Virus record (IMG/VR): IMGVR_UViG_3300025117_000012
Location: 1 to 43,675 of that record
Strand: one strand, 5' to 3'
Source of the DNA: a virus
DNA: 43,675 bases
The first letter of the stretch is position 1, and every line of letters begins with the position of its first letter. Of the stretch, positions 9,150-19,654 are shown one piece after another. Under the pieces are notes generated by a model, which ran no database searches, was not told where the DNA came from, and saw only the letters and a program-made list of their open reading frames with translations. Made by a program: the position numbers and the translations under genes.

Positions 9150-9701
9150 ATGCCTGATTCATTGGAAAACCGCATAGCACGACTTGAACAAAATCTCCGC
9201 CAGCATCAACATACGGGGCTTGATAGTGAGCGTTTGCGTTCTTTGGATATGCAGGAAATAGGAAAGAATATATTGGCTTCGGCACAGACGACATTCTCGA
9301 TAAATATTCCGCCAAAGCGGTTTCTGCGGATTCTTATATCGTGCAGCGCAAAAAGCGGAAGTTCGGACGATTATTTAAGATTCAATGCGGACAGCGGAAA
9401 CAATTACACGACAACGACAGGCGTATCGCAGGGACAAATTGATTTGCGAAACGGCGCGAACTCGGCTCTCGGCTTCTTTTCAATCATTGAAATCGCAAAC
9501 AATCTTTCAACGCTCGTAAAGCCCGCATTCATTCATACGGTCAATCGCATCACTTCGGCGGGAACGGCTATCAGTTCATACGAACTGTTCGCGTCTTGGG
9601 TGAATTCCGACGCATTTATTTCTTCGGTGTCGCTTACAAGTTCGGGAGCGGCGACATATCCAAGCGGTAGTCGGATTATTATTATTGGTTCACGCGAATA
9701 A
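9150..9701 (+). CDS. hypothetical structural-module protein
   Basis: 183-aa ORF tightly packed against its neighbours. Confidence 0.55.
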   Translation: MPDSLENRIARLEQNLRQHQHTGLDSERLRSLDMQEIGKNILASAQTTFSINIPPKRFLRILISCSAKSGSSDDYLRFNADSGNNYTTTTGVSQGQIDLRNGANSALGFFSIIEIANNLSTLVKPAFIHTVNRITSAGTAISSYELFASWVNSDAFISSVSLTSSGAATYPSGSRIIIIGSRE

Positions 9702-9702
9702 C

Positions 9703-10536
9703 ATGGCATCTCCCTTGGGCTTACGCCTTTTGTCGGAACTCCGCGATGATTTGGAGGCGATGCTTTCCATAAACAGCGGAGACAGTTACATTGATTCCTC
9801 AAACGAATTGAATGACATTAACGAGGGATACAAGAAAACAGCGTATAAATACGATTGGCCTACGCTTCTCTATCGCAGAGGCATTGTTAAAGTCGCCAAT
9901 CTTGACCGCTATTCGCTTCCGTCCGATTTCAGGAAAGCGCGAACGATTAAATTGGATAACACAACTCTTCGTTCCGTTGAATTGGAGTTTTTGAAGCGTA
10001 CCAATTTCGGATTCTTCATAGACCAACAGCAGAATGATATTATTTTGTACAACATTCCTTCTGCCGCTTCCACGGCTTATACACTCTCAAATGCTGAAAG
10101 TGCGGGAAATGCCGTAACCATAGAACTTGATACCGTCAGCGGACTTTCACAGCATGACGAAATATGGATAGATTCTGTTTCGGGAACGGATGAATTTACA
10201 ATGGTATCTTCTGTCAGCAGTTCGGCTACTACGATAACGGCGCGATTGGATGCGGCAAAATCGGCTTCCGATATCCTTTATCGTCAAGACGATATTATTG
10301 ATTTGCATTACTATCGCAGAATTACGCTTCTTTCTGCTGCAGGCGACACGACCCTTCTTCCCGATGAAGCAGACCAAGCGATGCTTCACTATGCGGCTCA
10401 TAAGGCGTATCTGCGGCTTGAACTCTTTGATGAAGCAGAACAACAGTACAAGATTTGGGAAAGAGATTTGCGAGAGGCGTGGTTGGCGGCGGATCGTGAA
10501 ACAACAGGAGAAGCGGCACATTTTAGCATAGGTTAA
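9703..10536 (+). CDS. hypothetical structural-module protein
   Basis: First ATG at 9703, 1 nt after the previous stop. The track start at 9685 is a TTG inside the previous ORF. Confidence 0.55.
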   Translation: MASPLGLRLLSELRDDLEAMLSINSGDSYIDSSNELNDINEGYKKTAYKYDWPTLLYRRGIVKVANLDRYSLPSDFRKARTIKLDNTTLRSVELEFLKRTNFGFFIDQQQNDIILYNIPSAASTAYTLSNAESAGNAVTIELDTVSGLSQHDEIWIDSVSGTDEFTMVSSVSSSATTITARLDAAKSASDILYRQDDIIDLHYYRRITLLSAAGDTTLLPDEADQAMLHYAAHKAYLRLELFDEAEQQYKIWERDLREAWLAADRETTGEAAHFSIG

Positions 10537-10548
10537 TTAACTATATAA

Positions 10549-12363
10549 ATGGCAGAACTTGTCGGTCAGAATGAAGGCACAAACAATAGTTATACCATTC
10601 GCATACCAAGCGCGGGTGAGGCATTTCGTCCTGCTTATGCTCCAACAGGCGCGATTTTCTTTCGTGAAGGCAACCAGTTGTTCGGCACTGACCTGGAGGT
10701 GCTCGGACAGCAACTTTTCACGCCGACAACGGAGAAACCTACCTACAGTCATCTTACTCCCGTAGAGCGGCAAGCTCTCGGTCAGCAGGTACTTAAAGCG
10801 GAGGGAATAGATTACAACGCTATCCCGCAACAGGATTTTAATATCGCTGATGTACAGGGTTATTTTGGCAGACAAGGCGCGATTCAGCCGCTTACCAATC
10901 TTTCATCGCTTGGCAAGGCGGTTAAAAGCACTACGCTCGTTCCAAAAGCGAATCTCACGCTTTCAGGCGGAACGCTTGAAGGATTGAACAATGCACAGCA
11001 GAAAGAGTTTCAGGATGTGGTATCGGGTCTCTCGGCGGGTGGTACGACTTTTGGCAGAACGCCGAAAGGCATTGTGGATTTGCGGACGGGACAAATTGTG
11101 CAAAGCACGCAAACTCCGTCATCCATAGTTTCCCCCGAAGCTCTCGGTTCCAGTGTGCAGATTACGGCGTTGGAAAATAAAATAAATACCCAGCTTGAGA
11201 ATCTTAAAGCGGGACTTTCTACGGGAGGTGCGACACAGATTTTAAGCGACTTGTTTACGAAGTTTGGCGTAACCGAAGAACAAGGATTAGTTAAACAATA
11301 TAATCAGCTTATTTTAGACCAACAAAATCTTCTTCGTAAAATCCCCGAAAGTATCAAACTTACTTTGCAAGATGTCGGCATTTCGGAGGCGCAGTATAAC
11401 CGTCTTGTATTAAAAGAAACGCAAAAACCGCTTGAAGTATTGCGCTCTCTTATGGAACAGAAAGGAATAGCGCAAGAGAATATAAATCAGAGTTTGCGGT
11501 TTGTCGGTTTGTTTTCGGACGCGATGCTTCAGGATAGGGCGGCGAAGCTGGAGTTTGCAAAATACGAGATTGAAACGAATAAAGATTTGCTTCGTGATTT
11601 GCGCGCGACTGAATTGGCAATTTTCAGGGAGAAGGCCGAGACCGAACGTGAGCTTACGCGGGAAAATCGGGCAGACCAGCGCAAACTCCTTGAACTCGCG
11701 ATTAACGAGCAGAAAAACGATTTGAAGCGTATACAGAACGCGGCGGATTTGGCATTGAAAAACGGCGCGGATAAAGACGCTTACAATTACATCATCTCCG
11801 CTCAAACGGGCGATGAGGCGAACGCACGGTTGGCGGAGAAAGGGTTGGCGGAGAAACCGTTGGCGGAGAAACTGACTGCGGATTATTACATCACGGATGA
11901 GAACGGGCAGACGGTGCAGTATAAAAAAGATGCAAGTGGGGCGATTATTCCGAGTAGTAGAACAGTGCTGGGGGGAAGCGGGAAAGTAACGGATTATTAT
12001 ATACATTCTTTGCGTATGGAAGGGTATCGGCCTGCTTTACAGGGACACATTGATGCTGGGGCTTCACCAGAACAATCGGTACAGCTTACACTTAATGATC
12101 TTGGCGTACAAGCAATGACTTTCAGCGAGGATGATATTGGAGGATTAAGGTATCTAGCAAGTACACTTTCGCCTTCCGCCACAACAACTCCTGAAGAAAC
12201 GCAAAAAGCGGGAGGATTGTTCGGTTTTATAAAGGATTTATTTACAAAGAAAAAGACAGAGCCAATTCAAGACAAAGAGAAAGTACCAACAATTTCTGAA
12301 GCGTTTGAGGGTTACAAACCACCTGAACCGTTTTCTTTTTTCAATAATCTCTTTCAAGAATAA
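10549..12363 (+). CDS. large coiled-coil structural protein
   Basis: 604 aa with a long helical K/E/Q/L-rich centre. Contains the in-frame 3 x 15-bp repeat at 11830-11874. Confidence 0.55.
   Translation: MAELVGQNEGTNNSYTIRIPSAGEAFRPAYAPTGAIFFREGNQLFGTDLEVLGQQLFTPTTEKPTYSHLTPVERQALGQQVLKAEGIDYNAIPQQDFNIADVQGYFGRQGAIQPLTNLSSLGKAVKSTTLVPKANLTLSGGTLEGLNNAQQKEFQDVVSGLSAGGTTFGRTPKGIVDLRTGQIVQSTQTPSSIVSPEALGSSVQITALENKINTQLENLKAGLSTGGATQILSDLFTKFGVTEEQGLVKQYNQLILDQQNLLRKIPESIKLTLQDVGISEAQYNRLVLKETQKPLEVLRSLMEQKGIAQENINQSLRFVGLFSDAMLQDRAAKLEFAKYEIETNKDLLRDLRATELAIFREKAETERELTRENRADQRKLLELAINEQKNDLKRIQNAADLALKNGADKDAYNYIISAQTGDEANARLAEKGLAEKPLAEKLTADYYITDENGQTVQYKKDASGAIIPSSRTVLGGSGKVTDYYIHSLRMEGYRPALQGHIDAGASPEQSVQLTLNDLGVQAMTFSEDDIGGLRYLASTLSPSATTTPEETQKAGGLFGFIKDLFTKKKTEPIQDKEKVPTISEAFEGYKPPEPFSFFNNLFQE
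11830..11874 (+). repeat. 3 x 15-bp in-frame tandem repeat
   Basis: ttggcggagaaaggg / ttggcggagaaaccg / ttggcggagaaactg, encoding LAEKG LAEKP LAEKL. Confidence 0.9.
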
Positions 12364-15300
12364 TGGCTCTTTCACCCAAACAAATGGAGCAGAGATTACA
12401 GCAACCATTAGGTAAAATTGTTCCTCCCGCGCCAATACGAAAAAAGAACCCGCTTAATACTTCAGAGGGACTTTCTTCGCTTGGAGTAAGCGCGGGTCTT
12501 GAAAAAGATGTTGCTCGTATAAATGCTTTATACGAGGGAGAAAAGCCAAAAGGAGCTTTTTCTGGCGGTTTTATTTCGGATGTCATAGACGGTGTGAATG
12601 TGCTTGATTATGGTGTAGTTGGTATGCTCAAAGGCAAGAGTTTCTCGGAGGGCGTAAAAACACGGCAGAGTTTTAGCGACCAAGACGCGCTCGGCTCTAT
12701 CGGTTTAAGCGGTGTGATTGTTGGTATCGCTTTGGATATTGCCGTTGACCCGCTTACTTATATTGCTCCGTGGACTTTGTTTAAGAAGATACCGAGCGCG
12801 ATTAAGGTGGTACAAGCGATTAAAAAAGCGAGTATTGGAAAAATGGTAGAAAAGACCATTGAGACAGGGGGAAAGGCAAAGCAGGTTATTCAACTTGAAG
12901 GAGGAATGAAAGCAGGAAAATACTTTGCCGATAAGTTTGCGTACCATTTTGGAGTTGACCCTCGCTGGAGCGAAATACACGATAAATCAGTGAAAAATAT
13001 CAACGTCGCTTTACAAGGGTTAGACGTATTGGTACACGGACTTACAGAACTTTCAGACGGTACGGCAGGAAAGATACTAACAAGAGATGAAACAGGGCGT
13101 ATCGCTCGCGTTCCTTTGGACGAATTGCGCGGACGACTCTCGCCTGATGACTTCACAAAAGTTGAAGGTGCGTGGAATAAGATAGACGACTTGGGAAAAC
13201 AGGCGGTTGATGTCGGTTTGCTCGGGAAAGAAAAGTATGAAGAAAATCTCGGGCAGTATATTAAAAATACTTACGAGGAATACGAACTCGCGAAAAAGGA
13301 AGCATTGTTCGGTTCAAAGAAACTCAAAGTGGAGGGTATAAAATCCCGCGTTGAGGGTTTGACTCCCGAACAGATGAAAGAATTGGGACAGATAGAAAAT
13401 CCCGCCTATCTTTTGTTTCGCACTTCGGCAGGCCTGATACGGGATATTGAAAATGCAACACTTTTTAACAAGACGGCTAAACTTGTCGGAAGCGAAGTTG
13501 CGCAGGAAGGATTTAAGCAGTTGCCGAAAACAAGTCGGCTCATTACAACAGCAGGAAAACAGGCGGAGATACTGGGAAATGTGAAAGGAATAAATGACAA
13601 AATAAAACCGCTTCTTATCGGACTTAAAGCTACTTTTAAGGCAGACAAAACAACACTTGCGGACATAACGCGACTTGAAAATCAGTTTGGCGAACTTGCT
13701 AGAAAGCAGGGGGAGGAGTTGTATAAGTTTTTTAACGAACCGACTGATATAACGAAGACAGTTGAAACGGGACGAAAGCTCGGTATTATCCCCGAAAAAC
13801 TGCAACCTATTGCAAACTCGGTAAAGAAGTTTAAGACCTTTGAGGAACTCCAAAAAACAAAAGAAGGTATTGAACTTGAAAAGTTCTTCATCAATGGCGA
13901 CCTTGAACGCAACGGATTTAAGTCAATGGAACAGTTTTTTGAAACAGTTAAAAACCCTTACAAAGCGGCGGAGACAAAAGACATTACGAAGTTGGCGAAA
14001 GGTACGCCAGAGTTTGATGCGGCTGTAAAGGCACGGCAAGCTGAAAGCGATTTGGTGAAAGATACTGGTAAAGCAGGGGATACGCCAATTATCCGCGACC
14101 CTAACGCTCCTTTGAAAACCCGAATAATGGAAGGGGCTATGCCGAAAGCTATCACAGTTACCATTAAGGAATTGACGCTTTTGCGACAAAAAATACAGAA
14201 CTTTAATAAAGGATTCAAGGCGGGAGTTGCGATTGCTAAAAAAGAGATTGGAAACGCACAGTCGGACTTGATTACTATAATCAAAAACAACTTCCCGACA
14301 GAGGAACAGGGGGCTTTCTTGACCAAAGTAAAAAACGTCACGAGTCCAGAAAAACTGACCGAAGCGGTGGATTTTTTGAAGACAAAGTTTGACGATTTAC
14401 TTGCTAGACAAGACGAACTCGCCGCTTCTGCACGAATAGGAAAAGTGGTGGGACTGCAAAGAGAGATTGAACAGATACTCGCAAAGAGTAAGACCCTCTC
14501 CGAAATTGATAAGCGTAGTATCAATGATAGTTTTCGTACACTTGAAAAGAATATCAATGAAGCGCGTTTTGCGAAAGAAGGACTCTTGCAAAACCTTGAC
14601 GACTTACGCCTTGCGGGACTTGCGGGCAAATATGTGCCTGAACCAATCTACAAACTCATAGAGGATATTCGCAGTCCTAATTCTTTTAAGTTCGGTTCTA
14701 AATTGGTAGGAGAGTTCAAGGTGATGAAAATACTTTTTAATCCCGCAACGCACGCTCGGAATATTGTCAGCAATATGATACTGAACTGGTGGAAACTTGG
14801 TTTGGGGCCGTGGCGAGTGGACAAGTATATAGAGGCGGTAAAGGAGATAAAAAATGGAGGTGAATACTGGAAGCGAGCGCAAGCGGTTGGAGGAGGGCGG
14901 GGCGGTATGGCGGCACAGGAACTTATGAACTTATTGGAAGACCCCGCTTTGCAGGGTTTCGGAAGTAAGATTGGGAATGCGTGGGGCGGGTTAAAAAAGA
15001 AACTGGGTGATTTTTATCAGGGCGAAGAAAGTGTCGCAAAACTAACTGCATTTATAGACCAAACAAAGAAAGGACTTTCTGACGAGGACGCATGGAAAGT
15101 GGCGGAGAGCGCGACTTTCAATTACGCGCAAGTTACTCCATTCGTAAGACGGCTTCGTACTGAAATTTGGGGATACCCATTTATTACTTTTCCTCTCAAA
15201 GCAACGCCTATTGCCATTGAAACGGCTCTCAAAAATCCTCAACGCATTTCTGTATTCGGCAAGATTAAGAACTCATTGGAGAATATGTCGGACATAAAAG

Positions 15301-15923
15301 AAACCGAACGAGAACGGGCAAGCGAACCGCAGTGGGTACGGGACGGTTTCTATATCAAGTTGCCGATTAAAGATAGTCAGGGTCGTTCAGCGTATTTCGA
15401 CCTTACTTACATCTTGCCTTTCGGTGATTTGGCATCAGGTAAAATATTTCAAAAACAATTAAGCCGAGAAACAGGACTTCCAGAAGAAAAAGCGGTTACA
15501 CTCGCAAGTGTTAATCCTGTGTTTAACTTGATGAAAGAATTGAACCGCAATCAGGACTTTTTTGGAAACAAGATTTGGAAAGAAAGTGATAGAATGGAGA
15601 AGCGGCTTGGCGATATTATGCGGCATCTCACCAAGACCTATATGCCCCCGCCAGTAGCGAATGAAATACCGGGTGGCTATCGTGATAGTGGAGAACGTGA
15701 CCAGCGAGGTTTTCAAGGGGCGGCAAAACCAAAAGAAAAGGAGAATCAACAAAGGACGGTTATGCAGGAGATGTTTGCGAATGTCGGTATGAAAGTTCAA
15801 CCTGTGATTGCTGATATTCAGGAGACGCAAAAAGAGTGGAATAAATCAAAGGCAATGAATACACTGTTGCGAGAGAAGGGCGTTATTAAAGAATTGAATA
15901 TTCCCTATGTACCAAAGAAATAG
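12363..15923 (+). CDS. very large virion-module protein (internal/ejection or tape-measure-like candidate)
   Basis: 1186 aa, the largest ORF. TAATG junction with the previous gene. Long helical K/E-rich stretches and no catalytic motif recognised. Confidence 0.5.
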   Translation: MALSPKQMEQRLQQPLGKIVPPAPIRKKNPLNTSEGLSSLGVSAGLEKDVARINALYEGEKPKGAFSGGFISDVIDGVNVLDYGVVGMLKGKSFSEGVKTRQSFSDQDALGSIGLSGVIVGIALDIAVDPLTYIAPWTLFKKIPSAIKVVQAIKKASIGKMVEKTIETGGKAKQVIQLEGGMKAGKYFADKFAYHFGVDPRWSEIHDKSVKNINVALQGLDVLVHGLTELSDGTAGKILTRDETGRIARVPLDELRGRLSPDDFTKVEGAWNKIDDLGKQAVDVGLLGKEKYEENLGQYIKNTYEEYELAKKEALFGSKKLKVEGIKSRVEGLTPEQMKELGQIENPAYLLFRTSAGLIRDIENATLFNKTAKLVGSEVAQEGFKQLPKTSRLITTAGKQAEILGNVKGINDKIKPLLIGLKATFKADKTTLADITRLENQFGELARKQGEELYKFFNEPTDITKTVETGRKLGIIPEKLQPIANSVKKFKTFEELQKTKEGIELEKFFINGDLERNGFKSMEQFFETVKNPYKAAETKDITKLAKGTPEFDAAVKARQAESDLVKDTGKAGDTPIIRDPNAPLKTRIMEGAMPKAITVTIKELTLLRQKIQNFNKGFKAGVAIAKKEIGNAQSDLITIIKNNFPTEEQGAFLTKVKNVTSPEKLTEAVDFLKTKFDDLLARQDELAASARIGKVVGLQREIEQILAKSKTLSEIDKRSINDSFRTLEKNINEARFAKEGLLQNLDDLRLAGLAGKYVPEPIYKLIEDIRSPNSFKFGSKLVGEFKVMKILFNPATHARNIVSNMILNWWKLGLGPWRVDKYIEAVKEIKNGGEYWKRAQAVGGGRGGMAAQELMNLLEDPALQGFGSKIGNAWGGLKKKLGDFYQGEESVAKLTAFIDQTKKGLSDEDAWKVAESATFNYAQVTPFVRRLRTEIWGYPFITFPLKATPIAIETALKNPQRISVFGKIKNSLENMSDIKETERERASEPQWVRDGFYIKLPIKDSQGRSAYFDLTYILPFGDLASGKIFQKQLSRETGLPEEKAVTLASVNPVFNLMKELNRNQDFFGNKIWKESDRMEKRLGDIMRHLTKTYMPPPVANEIPGGYRDSGERDQRGFQGAAKPKEKENQQRTVMQEMFANVGMKVQPVIADIQETQKEWNKSKAMNTLLREKGVIKELNIPYVPKK

Positions 15924-16025
15924 AAATTACAATATATTCTTTTGTGTTCTTCTTGTAACTGCATTTTATTATGTGTTCATAGATAACACGCCAAAATCGT
16001 ATATTTGTGATGAATGGAATAGTGA

Positions 16026-16304
16026 GTGTCCAAAATAGTTAAAACCACAATGGACAATGAAAAAATACAACAGTTGCTCGGCTTTTCCGTTAAAAACATC
16101 ATACGGGATATTTTGACAGAGAAGATTGCTCAAACGCTAAAAGAGGAAATCACAAAAGAGATGAAGGATTTGAGTCCGCAAGAAATGATACAGTCGCTTC
16201 AAGAACTGGAAAATGAGCAAGAAAAAAAAGAACTGGGAAATGAGCAGGAAAATACAGAATCCGTTCCTCTTATGGAGAAGATAATAAAACTTTTCAATGA
16301 GTAA
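16026..16304 (+). CDS. small acidic coiled-coil protein
   Basis: 92-aa ORF with GTG at 16026 and first ATG at 16050. E/K/Q-rich. Confidence 0.4.
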   Translation: MSKIVKTTMDNEKIQQLLGFSVKNIIRDILTEKIAQTLKEEITKEMKDLSPQEMIQSLQELENEQEKKELGNEQENTESVPLMEKIIKLFNE

Positions 16305-17085
16305 TGACATAGACAAATCAATGTCGGCTTTCATCACCGACTATTTTGAAAAACATCTCGCCAAAATTGACGAGTTGATAGCGAAAGCCGTGGCAAAGAT
16401 TCTTAAAGTAAAATTGAAGGAATTGGAAGAGATGCTCAAAGAGCGCGAGGAAGAAGTAGCCATTGCCGTTGCCAGAATACTGAAAGAGAAAATGAAAGAA
16501 CATCAAAAAGCGATGGATTCGCAAATGAAAGAAAGGGAAATTAAACTCGGCGCTATGGTGCGGGAACAGGTAAAAGAATTGGCGAAACCGGGCAAAGATG
16601 CCGATGAGGATAGGATTTTAAATTCTGTTTTAGCCCGTATTGTTCTACCTGATGAAGCAAAAATCACTGCCAATGTCCTATCTAAAGTGCCGAAAATCAA
16701 GGAACTCCAGCCCGACACTCCTCTTCAAATCAAGGAAAAGTTGGTATTATTACCGATAAGGGAACGCTGGTTTGACGAGGGACATATCAAGAATCTTGAA
16801 GAACTGATTAAGCGGATGATTTCGCTGGAACCTTCATTCGGCGGCGCGCTTCGCGGAGGTATGGAAACGACAAAGCGTGAAAAACTCACTCCGACTGTTT
16901 CAGGAAACAATATTACGCTTGACCTAACGCAACTTTCTACCAGTTGGAGCCGACTTTTGGGAGTATTTAAAAACGGGCAATTACTTGATGCTGAAACCGT
17001 AAACGGCTGGACGAGAAGCGAAAACACGATAACCGTTTACAACTCTGACGCTACTGATTTATTTGTAGTTGATTACGCTTCTTAA
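16297..17085 (+). CDS. hypothetical structural-module protein
   Basis: 262 aa. Helical K/E-rich N-terminal half and a beta-type C-terminal half. Confidence 0.55.
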   Translation: MSNDIDKSMSAFITDYFEKHLAKIDELIAKAVAKILKVKLKELEEMLKEREEEVAIAVARILKEKMKEHQKAMDSQMKEREIKLGAMVREQVKELAKPGKDADEDRILNSVLARIVLPDEAKITANVLSKVPKIKELQPDTPLQIKEKLVLLPIRERWFDEGHIKNLEELIKRMISLEPSFGGALRGGMETTKREKLTPTVSGNNITLDLTQLSTSWSRLLGVFKNGQLLDAETVNGWTRSENTITVYNSDATDLFVVDYAS

Positions 17086-17086
17086 A

Positions 17087-19654
17087 ATGAAAAGATTTCT
17101 CATAACTCTTTTGATTTTATTGATACCTGTATTTTCTTCGGCACAGGTGGTATTCAAACAGAATCAAATTATAGCTTCCTCTACGCCCTCTTTCGGCGTA
17201 ATAGTCGGCAGTGGCGTAGGAACATCTACTCTGCGGGCTTCAAGCACTCCTGTGTTTGCTTCTTTCTTCGCCACTTCTACCATTGCCACCTCTACCATTT
17301 CAGGCGGCCTTAAAATCACGGGCGGCGGATTGCGGATAAACAACCTCGCAAATTGCAATTTGGATACCGACGGAGATGGCATTGTAACCTGCGGGACGGA
17401 CGCGACAGGCGGAGGCGGAGGTGGGACCGGCTGGGCATCCACCACAGACGCCTTCTCTATTTACTTCACAGGCAGGGACTATGTAGGTATCGGCACCACT
17501 TCCCCATACGCAAAACTCTCCGTAGTCGGCCAAGCAGTCGCCGCCTATTTCACCGCCACCACAACCTCTACTTCCACCCTGCCTCGGCTTAATGCGACTG
17601 GGATAGACGCAGATACTTGGTTTGAGCTGGGTTCTAACGGAGCGTTCACCTCGCTTTTAGGAGCAGGACTTCAAAATACCGCGGGTGCGCTTACACTAAA
17701 CGCCACAGGCGATTGGACAGGCACCATAGATCTCAATAACTTCGCAGGAGGAGCGATAGGAGCAGGTGAGCTTATCTACGGAGGTAGTGCGGGGTCATTC
17801 TCCGAGCTTGCGGTTTCAACTAATGGATTTGTTCTCGCCCTTTCAGAAGGCATACCCGCTTGGGTTGCGACTACGACTCTCTCAACTATTTCAGGAACGC
17901 TCGCCGTCTTAAATGGAGGTACTGGTCAAACAACTTTCACTAGCTCGCAACTTCTGTATGGAAACGGCACTAACGCGCTTTCAAGTGTCGCCACGACTTC
18001 AATCACCTGTACGGGTCTTTTATCCTGCACAGGATTTAACGCTTTGGGCGCGGCATCCAGCATCAATCTTGCGGCAGCAAATGCAAACACCGTTTTGGTG
18101 AATGGGACAGGTGCATCTGCCGTACCGACATTCCAAGCTACCAGTACATTCGGGACGAATCTCTTCGGCAATGGTACGGCTGGACAAGTGTTGGCATGGC
18201 AAGGCTCTGCACCCATCTGGGCTTCTACATCCACTTGCGCCGCAATAACAGGCAGTGCTGACCTTTGTGATGGTTCTGACGCTACTGGAGGCGGAGGTGG
18301 CGGCACGGGCTGGGCAAGCACCACTGATGCGTTTTCCATTTACTTTACGGGGAGGGATTATGTCGGCATAGGAACCTCTACTCCTTCTGCGCGGCTTTCC
18401 GTGCAACAACTGAATACCACCACGCTTGGAACCTATATCGCTGGGTATTCCAACGCTACGGCCGACATTTTGAGAGTGTCTACTTCAACACTTACGGCTA
18501 CCACGACCGCTTTTGTGATTGATTCGCAGGGACGGGTGGGGGTTGGCCTCACCGCTCCCACCGCACAGCTTGAAGTGGTCGGGATTGCTTCCTCTACTTC
18601 GCTCACGGTGTCGTCTTTGAACGCCGCAAGCTGTGATGTGAAGTCAACGAATGGGGTGTTCTCCTGCGGGACGGATGCTTCTGGAAGTTCTGCGTCGCTT
18701 GGTTGGGCTTCAACAACAGACGCATTTTCAATTTATTTTAATGGAAGAGATTATGTTGGTATAGGTACAACCTCTCCGTATGCTCCATTATCTGTAGTTG
18801 GCTCACGAGGAATCGTTACAGGCAAGATTCACGCTACCTCTACGACTGACACTTCTACCTTTGACACGCCGCCGACATTTTCAACGCTCACCTCTGCACT
18901 CATCATCACGGGTTCGGGAGGACTCACCGCAGAATACGCAGGGGCGGCGGCATGCACCAATCAATTCGTAACCGCTATCAGTGTTCTCGGAGCGACAACC
19001 TGCGCATCGGTAAACAACGCCCAATGGTCTGGCGCCGACCTTTCTGTTGCAAATGGCGGCACGGGACTTTCAACTTTTGGCGGTTCAAACACCATTCTTT
19101 ATACTACTGCGGCAGATACGCTCGCTTCAGAGGCGGCGTTTCTCTACAACTCGTCTACAAATAAGCTAACGGTTGATTATGCCTCCACTACCGCGCTCAC
19201 CGTAACTGGCGGCGCATATCTTGCGACAGGAGGAGGAAATAGTATCTTTGTCGGAATTGGCACCACAACGCCAGAGTGGATTCTGCAAGTCGCCTCTACT
19301 TCTCCGATGATTACGCTCACGGATACCAACGCGGGAACTGATGATAAACACGGTTCTTTCTCTTACATTGACGGCATCTTCCGCATCAGCACCTCGTCTG
19401 ACGCTTTGACTTCCTCTACGACGGCACTTTCCATTAACCCGAAACGGGCTCCCTCTCTTTCCATAGGAAGCACCACGCAAACCGTCAGCGCGGTGAATGG
19501 TCTTATCACGCAGGGAAGCAACGGCGCGAACGGAAGCTCTACCATATCAACTGGTAAATTACAGTTTGACAGTTATGATTCTTTAGGAGCGAGAAGTTGC
19601 GTATTTTTCACTGCAACTTCTTGGGTTATTCAAACTGGTGCATGTAATCCATGA
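17087..19654 (+). CDS. large tail-fibre-like protein with signal peptide and a triplicated module
   Basis: ATG at 17087, 1 nt after the previous stop; the track start at 17069 is a TTG. Signal-like start MKRFLITLLILLIPVFSSA|Q. The module GWASTTDAFSIYF(T/N)GRDYVGIGT..P.A.LSV occurs three times. G/T/S/A-rich throughout. Confidence 0.65.
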   Translation: MKRFLITLLILLIPVFSSAQVVFKQNQIIASSTPSFGVIVGSGVGTSTLRASSTPVFASFFATSTIATSTISGGLKITGGGLRINNLANCNLDTDGDGIVTCGTDATGGGGGGTGWASTTDAFSIYFTGRDYVGIGTTSPYAKLSVVGQAVAAYFTATTTSTSTLPRLNATGIDADTWFELGSNGAFTSLLGAGLQNTAGALTLNATGDWTGTIDLNNFAGGAIGAGELIYGGSAGSFSELAVSTNGFVLALSEGIPAWVATTTLSTISGTLAVLNGGTGQTTFTSSQLLYGNGTNALSSVATTSITCTGLLSCTGFNALGAASSINLAAANANTVLVNGTGASAVPTFQATSTFGTNLFGNGTAGQVLAWQGSAPIWASTSTCAAITGSADLCDGSDATGGGGGGTGWASTTDAFSIYFTGRDYVGIGTSTPSARLSVQQLNTTTLGTYIAGYSNATADILRVSTSTLTATTTAFVIDSQGRVGVGLTAPTAQLEVVGIASSTSLTVSSLNAASCDVKSTNGVFSCGTDASGSSASLGWASTTDAFSIYFNGRDYVGIGTTSPYAPLSVVGSRGIVTGKIHATSTTDTSTFDTPPTFSTLTSALIITGSGGLTAEYAGAAACTNQFVTAISVLGATTCASVNNAQWSGADLSVANGGTGLSTFGGSNTILYTTAADTLASEAAFLYNSSTNKLTVDYASTTALTVTGGAYLATGGGNSIFVGIGTTTPEWILQVASTSPMITLTDTNAGTDDKHGSFSYIDGIFRISTSSDALTSSTTALSINPKRAPSLSIGSTTQTVSAVNGLITQGSNGANGSSTISTGKLQFDSYDSLGARSCVFFTATSWVIQTGACNP

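Noticed and set aside
13958-14629. 223-aa antisense ORF inside the 1186-aa gene. Similar antisense ORFs occur inside other large plus-strand genes, for example 360..737, 927..1274, 11410..12006, 13314..13853 and 32135..32861.
   Set aside because: They lie fully within long sense-strand genes. They are S/F/L/R-rich and lack starts with ribosome-binding context. This is the expected shadow of K/E-rich coding sequence.
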